From contig JALNLM010000001.1 of NCBI GenBank assembly GCA_023254095.1, positions 112,062 through 136,061 of the forward strand: a stretch of 24,000 nt of DNA. The letters are read 5' to 3'. Below the pieces are notes generated by a model that was not told the DNA's origin, did not search any database, and saw only the letters and a list, made by a program, of their open reading frames with translations. Numbering within the stretch: position 1 is the first letter of the stretch; each line of letters opens with the position of its first letter. Shown piece by piece: positions 16,297 through 24,000 of this stretch. The translations under genes were made by a program, and so were the position numbers. Origin of the DNA: Candidatus Geocrenenecus huangii (GTDB lineage: Archaea > Thermoproteota > Nitrososphaeria_A > Caldarchaeales > Wolframiiraptoraceae).

Positions 16297-18543
16297 ATGG
16301 GAGTGAATGATTTTATGCAAGGAGATGTTTTGCTAGTTTCAATTTTATCCATACTTTCAGGTATAGTAGGAGTATTCATAGCAGTCGTCCTGTATGAACT
16401 TATACAAAGATACCCGAGAGGTTCCGAGAAGATGATCGAGATATGGAAAGCAATTAGGGAAGGAGCTAAAGCATACATGTCTAAGCAGATAAAAACAATC
16501 ATGTCTTTCACGCTCGGCCTGTCTATCGCCGTACTAACGATGATATATATCGTCTACAGTTTTGCCATGAACATACCTTCAGAGATAGCTCTTAGAGAGG
16601 CAATATTAACCGCAGTATCAGTTCTAGTAGGTGGAGCATCATCTATAGCTGCAGCATTCTTTAGTATGGATGCATCAACGAGAACAAATGTTAGGGTAAC
16701 GGAGGCAGGGAAGAAGAATAGCCTTGAAGCATTGAAGGTATCTGTACTCGGTGGAGGAGTGCTAGGATTCTCAGTATATAGTCTAAGCCTACTCGGACTC
16801 TCAATACTATTCGTATTGTATAGCTTGATAGGCGGCAGGCTCCCAGAACAGGTTGAGTATAGAATGGCTCTAGACGCATTGGCAGGATTCGCCTTCGGTG
16901 CGAGCCTCTCAGCATTATTTGCGCAGTTAGGTGGAGGAATCTACACAAAGGCTGCAGACATAGGTGCAGACCTCGTTGGAAAGATCGAGGCGGGAATCCC
17001 TGAAGATGATCCTAGAAATCCTGCTGTAATAGCAGACCAAGTAGGAGATAATGTAGGAGATTGTGCGGGTAGAGGTGCAGACATCTTCGAATCTGTTACT
17101 GCTGAAACACTGGGAGGAATGATAATCGGATGGGTTCTCTATGTCTTGACTGGTCAACCATTATTTATGGTTCTTCCACTAGCTATTGGGGCTGTTGGAG
17201 TAATCTCGACGGTAGCGGGTCTAGTTGGAATACTATCTTATCGTCGATTCAGAGAAGCTTTCGAGCCCTTTGCATTCGGTGTAGTGGTATCAGCAGTAGT
17301 TTCAGTATTGACTTATGCTCTCGTAGTCTACTTACTCTTCCCTCTACAGTGGACTTATATGCTCGTAGCCGGAACAGCTGGAATAGTAGGAGCAACACTC
17401 GTAGTACTTTCAACTAACAGGTATACTGGAATGAAGTCGAAACTAGTTCAAGAAGTTGCTCAAGCAGCTCAAAGTGGTCCTGCAATAAATATTTTATCAG
17501 GTCTTTCAGTAGGTCTAAGAGCCGTCGCAGAACCTATAACGATAATTGCGGCAGCCCTAGGAGTAGCTTTCTATGCTGGGAAGAGCATGCCTCTACCAAG
17601 TGTACCTGAAAGTTGGCTGATAGATTTTATCAAAGGAGTCTTCGGGACAGCCTTAGCTACTAGAGGAATGCTATCTCTAGCTGGAACAATCATGACTCTG
17701 GATGGTGCAGGTCCGATCGCTGACAATGCTGGGGGCATCGCGGAGATGGCAGGACTCGAAGAGAGGGTTAGAGCTAACTTGGATCCATTGGATGCTGTTG
17801 GAAACACTACTAAAGCTTTAACAAAAGGTTACGCTATGGCCTCTGCAACCATCGCCACGCTCCTGCTCTTCCAAGCATTCATTCAAGACTATGTTGCCCG
17901 GCAGGTTGGGATACTTGAATTGAGTGCTTCAACTCTTCTAAAGACTATGCAGGAATTCATAGATTACGTGATCTTATTGAAGCCGGATATAATTATATCT
18001 GTCCTTATAGGCGCTCTGCTTCCATACTTGTTTTCAGGCATAGCATTAAAAGCAGTATCTAGGGCAGCATTTCAGATGGTAGAAGAAGTTAGGAGACAGT
18101 TTAGAGAGATACCTGGCCTCCTAAATGGAGACGCTAAACCTGATTACTATCGAGCCGTCTCGATAAGCACTGAGTATGCTTTAAAGAGTATGGCCACTCC
18201 CGCATTGTTAATAATTATAACACCCTTGATCGTGGGTGTCCTGTTCGGTGGCCCAGGAATAGGAGCTCTAGTCATAGGTTCAACAGCCTCCACAATACCT
18301 TTAGCTATAATGATGATGTGGGGTGGAGCTACATGGGATAATGCAAAGAAATTTATCGAGGCAGGGAATTTCGGAGGAAAACGTTCGCCCGCACATCAAG
18401 CAGCAGTAGTAGGCGATACCGTCGGTGATCCGTTGAAAGATACCGTTGGACCCTCGTTACACATACTTATCAAGCTGCTTAATACGATCTCGCTAGTATT
18501 CATTCCACTTTACTTCCTATGGATACTACACGCCGTTATATGA
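16297..18543 (+). CDS. hppA: Membrane-bound proton-translocating inorganic pyrophosphatase (V-type H+-PPase)
   Basis: GGGIYTKAADIGADLVGKIEAGIPEDDPRNPAVIADQVGDNVGDCAGRGADIFES, DAVGNTTKA and AVVGDTVGDPLKDTVGPSL are the signature acidic motifs. The protein is highly hydrophobic with many transmembrane segments. A TATA-like ATTTAATTTT lies at 16270-16279. Confidence 0.95.
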   Translation: MGVNDFMQGDVLLVSILSILSGIVGVFIAVVLYELIQRYPRGSEKMIEIWKAIREGAKAYMSKQIKTIMSFTLGLSIAVLTMIYIVYSFAMNIPSEIALREAILTAVSVLVGGASSIAAAFFSMDASTRTNVRVTEAGKKNSLEALKVSVLGGGVLGFSVYSLSLLGLSILFVLYSLIGGRLPEQVEYRMALDALAGFAFGASLSALFAQLGGGIYTKAADIGADLVGKIEAGIPEDDPRNPAVIADQVGDNVGDCAGRGADIFESVTAETLGGMIIGWVLYVLTGQPLFMVLPLAIGAVGVISTVAGLVGILSYRRFREAFEPFAFGVVVSAVVSVLTYALVVYLLFPLQWTYMLVAGTAGIVGATLVVLSTNRYTGMKSKLVQEVAQAAQSGPAINILSGLSVGLRAVAEPITIIAAALGVAFYAGKSMPLPSVPESWLIDFIKGVFGTALATRGMLSLAGTIMTLDGAGPIADNAGGIAEMAGLEERVRANLDPLDAVGNTTKALTKGYAMASATIATLLLFQAFIQDYVARQVGILELSASTLLKTMQEFIDYVILLKPDIIISVLIGALLPYLFSGIALKAVSRAAFQMVEEVRRQFREIPGLLNGDAKPDYYRAVSISTEYALKSMATPALLIIITPLIVGVLFGGPGIGALVIGSTASTIPLAIMMMWGGATWDNAKKFIEAGNFGGKRSPAHQAAVVGDTVGDPLKDTVGPSLHILIKLLNTISLVFIPLYFLWILHAVI

Positions 18544-18623
18544 TGCAGACCTAGATTTCTGTATTTTTCCTCTACATATTCTTTAGGAAATACTCTTATA
18601 CCGCTAGAGAAAAATTATTAGTA

Positions 18624-19148
18624 ATGAGTTTTCTCGAAGAAATTCGAGAAGAACCTTTACATATATTCTCTAAACTCGAAGCAGAAGTTCTAGAATATCT
18701 CGAGAGACATCCATGGGGGGGTACAATACATCAGATAGCTAGAGATGTTAAGTGTTCTTTCAAGTCTCTTTATAGTGTGTTGGGGATGCTTGAGAAAAAT
18801 GGATGGATAATGACGGTAAAGGAAAGAAATGGTGGTATCGGGAGACCGAGGAATAGATATATTCTGAGGCAAAGTCTAAGTACTATAATCAGGAAGCTAC
18901 ATGATTGTGGATGCAGGTTTGATGATAGAACAAAGTTTCTAAATCTATCCGAGGTCTCCTATCCTTATTCTCTTACTATATTCAAAAGAGCATTAGCCAA
19001 GGTGAATTATGGAGAATGCCTTGTAATACTTCTGGGAGACACAGCCAACTTAAGAGAGTTTGAAGAGTTAGCATCAAAAAAAGACATAAGGGTCGTAGAC
19101 ATTCTAACAAACAGTCATAACATAAGAGTGATCTTTAAGAAAGGCTAG
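18624..19148 (+). CDS. Winged-helix transcriptional regulator fused to a Cys-less TusA/SirA-like domain
   Basis: The N-terminus LEAEVLEYLERHPWGGTIHQIARDVKCSFKSLYSVLGMLEKNGWI...GRPRNRYIL is a wHTH. The C-terminus LNLSEVSYPYSLTIFKRALAKVNYGECLVILLGDTANLREFEELASKKDIRVVDILTNSHNIRVIFKK follows the TusA consensus almost column by column. The CP dipeptide of that consensus reads YP here. Confidence 0.6.
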   Translation: MSFLEEIREEPLHIFSKLEAEVLEYLERHPWGGTIHQIARDVKCSFKSLYSVLGMLEKNGWIMTVKERNGGIGRPRNRYILRQSLSTIIRKLHDCGCRFDDRTKFLNLSEVSYPYSLTIFKRALAKVNYGECLVILLGDTANLREFEELASKKDIRVVDILTNSHNIRVIFKKG

Positions 19149-19370
19149 GACGGAGAACATAAAGGTCTTCTTCCTTATCTTGTCCCTCCGTTTTAAGCAA
19201 GGAAAAAATCTTAAATTTAAGCTGATAGTGTTTCAAAGCATTAAAAATGCGTAGATAGCCAAATGTTAAGCTAAAGAAGATAATATTTAGCAATTCTCGC
19301 GTAAAAATCGTTACTGAAAAACTTGAGAAGACTAATATATCAGAAGTAATAAGCAGGGCGTGAGAAGAAC

Positions 19371-20333
19371 ATGCCTGACTTTCCTAATAAGGACCTGTTA
19401 AAGAATCTTTCAAATGAGATTACTAAGCTTGTCGAGAATGTGTCGGAGAGTGTTGCAAGCGTTATAACTACTTCCTTGACAATGGATGCTTTCCTCAGAG
19501 TTGTACCAATTAGAGGTGTTGGCTCAGCTTTCGTTATCTCTGAAGATGGATACCTCGTAACCAATAGTCATGTTATAGCGAGAGCGGAATCTATAACACT
19601 CTTGATAAAGGATGAGACACTGCAAGCAAGGATAGTATCGTTAGACCCATCGAGAGACATCGCTTTGCTGAAAGCTCAAACTAGTAGGCTCAAACCAATC
19701 AAGCTAGGAGATTCAGATAAGGTTAGTATAGGAGAGATAGTATTAGCGATAGGTAGTCCTCTAGGCCTACCAGGTCCCAACGTGAGCTTAGGAGTTGTGA
19801 GTGCGAAAGGTAGAGTGATAGAAGGAGAAGACTTTATACTAGAAGACCTCATACAGACAGATGCTGCGATAAATCCTGGGAATAGTGGTGGCCCCCTCAT
19901 AAACATGGAGGGAGAAGTAGTAGGAGTTACCACTGCAATGATACCATTTGCACAAGGTGTTGGATTCGCTATACCAATAAATACAGTTAAACGTTTTATG
20001 GACATGATAGCTAGATACGGTAGACCTATCAGAGCTTACATAGGCGTAATCACCACACCACTGAGCGACCAGATAGCGACATACTATGGACTCCCAGTTC
20101 GTGAAGGACTTATTGTATTAAGAGTCTTAAGAGGAAGTCCATCACATATTTATGGAATCCAAGAAGGAGATATCATAACACATGCAGGATCACATAAATT
20201 AAAGAATGTCAGCGACCTAAGAAGAATAATAGAAGAATCACTGGAAACCGGTAGAGTGAACTTAACAATAATAAGAGGCCATAAGAAGATTGAATTAGTG
20301 ATACCGATTGTTATTGAAGAAGTAGGATACTAG
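19371..20333 (+). CDS. htrA: HtrA/DegP-family serine protease (S1C trypsin-like domain plus PDZ domain)
   Basis: The catalytic triad contexts are present: TNSHVI (His), RDIALLK (Asp) and TDAAINPGNSGGPL (Ser). The C-terminal PDZ-like region reads GLIVLRVLRGSPS...GIQEGDIITH. Confidence 0.9.
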   Translation: MPDFPNKDLLKNLSNEITKLVENVSESVASVITTSLTMDAFLRVVPIRGVGSAFVISEDGYLVTNSHVIARAESITLLIKDETLQARIVSLDPSRDIALLKAQTSRLKPIKLGDSDKVSIGEIVLAIGSPLGLPGPNVSLGVVSAKGRVIEGEDFILEDLIQTDAAINPGNSGGPLINMEGEVVGVTTAMIPFAQGVGFAIPINTVKRFMDMIARYGRPIRAYIGVITTPLSDQIATYYGLPVREGLIVLRVLRGSPSHIYGIQEGDIITHAGSHKLKNVSDLRRIIEESLETGRVNLTIIRGHKKIELVIPIVIEEVGY

Positions 20334-20336
20334 TTC

Positions 20337-20654
20337 CTATAAGGTCTCAGAGCTAAAGTGTGTACCCTTCATCGCTTTAACCGGACAAATTGCTTCATAT
20401 GCCATACAGGATATACAGTCTTTCTCTCTGATAATATCAGATTTACCCACTCTGTATTTCTCAAAAAGTTCTCGGAAGAACGCGCACAGATCATTTCCAT
20501 TACCTTTCCTGCCTGGATTTAAAGCCTATTCAAATACATATACTGAACATACGCTCATGCATGCTCCATTCACTATACAGTAATCCCAATCGACCGCAAA
20601 CTACGTTTCATGTATCCTAAGCTTTGTAGGATAAGATTTACCTTCAGAATCCAT
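20337..20654 (-). pseudogene. Di-cluster (Sulfolobus-type) ferredoxin gene interrupted by two in-frame TAG codons
   Basis: I translated the minus strand from the ATG at 20654: MDSEGKSYPTKLRIHET*FAVDWDYCIVNGACMSVCSVYVFE*ALNPGRKGNGNDLCAFFRELFEKYRVGKSDIIREKDCISCMAYEAICPVKAMKGTHFSSETL*. It spans 106 codons in one frame, with TAGs at 20603-20601 and 20528-20526. The cluster motifs C-x5-C-x3-C(S) and C-x2-C-x2-(Y)-x3-CP are recognisable but degenerate. It is absent from the ORF track because each fragment is shorter than 60 aa. Confidence 0.7.
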
Positions 20655-20808
20655 ACTCTACATGCTTTCAGCTCCGACAGCATGCTCATTATAAGTGAAA
20701 AACTGTGTTTCATCCGACCTTAGCCATGAAAGAGGTTTTTCGATTCTATGAGTAAGTTATGATTTTTCAAGATAAAAGGATTTAAAGGAGTAGGATGAGA
20801 TATCATGC

Positions 20809-21129
20809 ATGAATGCTCAGCATTCGAGTGGAAGAGTGAGCTGCTCTGAATGTGTTAATTTCACAATTCATCCTGATTATCCTTACTTAGTAATATGTCT
20901 GGAAAAACAACAATTGGCCCCTCTTCCTAAAGAAGTCTGTAAGGACTATGTAGAGAAGACCTGGGAGAAATTAATCGAAATGTTATCTGAGAGAGGATTC
21001 CTCTATTGTAGTGAATGTAAGAAACCGATATATAGTTTGGACGAGTTAAATAACCATAAGAAAGAGTTTATCTCTTTAGAATTCTTCCCGGACGAGGTTG
21101 CAAGTGAGGAATCCCCCGCAGCAGACTGA
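20809..21129 (+). CDS. Hypothetical Cys-rich small protein (two CxxC pairs, acidic tail)
   Basis: The 106-aa ORF has CSEC (residues 12-15) and CSEC (residues 67-70), two further Cys residues, and an acidic C-terminus PDEVASEESPAAD. It lies directly upstream of the OFOR operon on the same strand. A TATA-like GGATTTAAAGG at 20778-20788 is centred about 26 nt before the ATG. Confidence 0.5.
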   Translation: MNAQHSSGRVSCSECVNFTIHPDYPYLVICLEKQQLAPLPKEVCKDYVEKTWEKLIEMLSERGFLYCSECKKPIYSLDELNNHKKEFISLEFFPDEVASEESPAAD

Positions 21130-21175
21130 GTAATTAGAGAAAGTTATTAACGTGCTCATAAGGAGTATGTCTTCG

Positions 21176-24000
<2,825 letters not shown>

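Noticed and set aside
19149-19200. An inverted repeat, ACGGAG...CTCCGT, followed by TTTT after the wHTH gene, considered as an intrinsic terminator hairpin.
   Set aside because: The stem is only 6 bp and the loop is about 30 nt. Archaeal termination mainly needs oligo-T and the T-run here is short. The evidence is too weak to list as a feature.
11948-20654. Global reassignment of TAG to a sense codon, such as pyrrolysine or another amino acid, as the explanation for the four in-frame TAGs.
   Set aside because: At least six well-conserved genes in this window end with TAG at family-typical C-termini: acnA, mptA, mptE, pheS, rdgB and htrA. No CUA-anticodon tRNA or pyl gene is present in the window. 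The ferredoxin also shows independent degenerative substitutions at cluster ligands.

Overview
This window reads as a gene-dense, AT-rich archaeal chromosome segment, Thermoprotei/Crenarchaeota-like. The evidence is an ATP-dependent DNA ligase, an archaeal-type PheRS alpha subunit, a stand-alone Bud32 kinase, MptA/MptE pterin enzymes, a Sulfolobus-type two-subunit 2-oxoacid:ferredoxin oxidoreductase, and TATA-like boxes about 25-30 nt upstream of start codons. Most of it is ordinary core metabolism and information processing. In order, the genes are: DNA ligase (partial), aconitase, a three-gene pterin cluster (beta-RFAP synthase, mptA, mptE), MTA phosphorylase, pheS, bud32-rdgB (4-nt overlap), two small proteins, tRNA-Cys(GCA), nitroreductase, a polyprenyl diphosphate synthase, a DUF763-like protein, membrane H+-pyrophosphatase, a wHTH regulator, an HtrA protease, and OFOR alpha plus partial beta. 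I found no CRISPR array, rRNA, transposase, integrase or recognisable defence or toxin-antitoxin module, and I cannot support a claim of a new multi-gene system here. Four things deserve a second look. (1) A Sulfolobus-type ferredoxin gene next to the OFOR operon is broken by two in-frame TAG codons and is invisible in the ORF track. (2) A half LAGLIDADG homing-endonuclease relic next to tRNA-Cys carries two further in-frame TAGs. All four interruptions are amber and neither gene has a frameshift; decay is the likelier explanation, because TAG clearly terminates intact genes here. (3) A wHTH regulator is fused to a TusA-like domain whose active-site Cys is replaced by Tyr. (4) About 520 nt beside the tRNA gene has no assigned function. 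Several start codons in the ORF track look over-extended (aconitase, OFOR alpha, Bud32) or under-extended (pheS).
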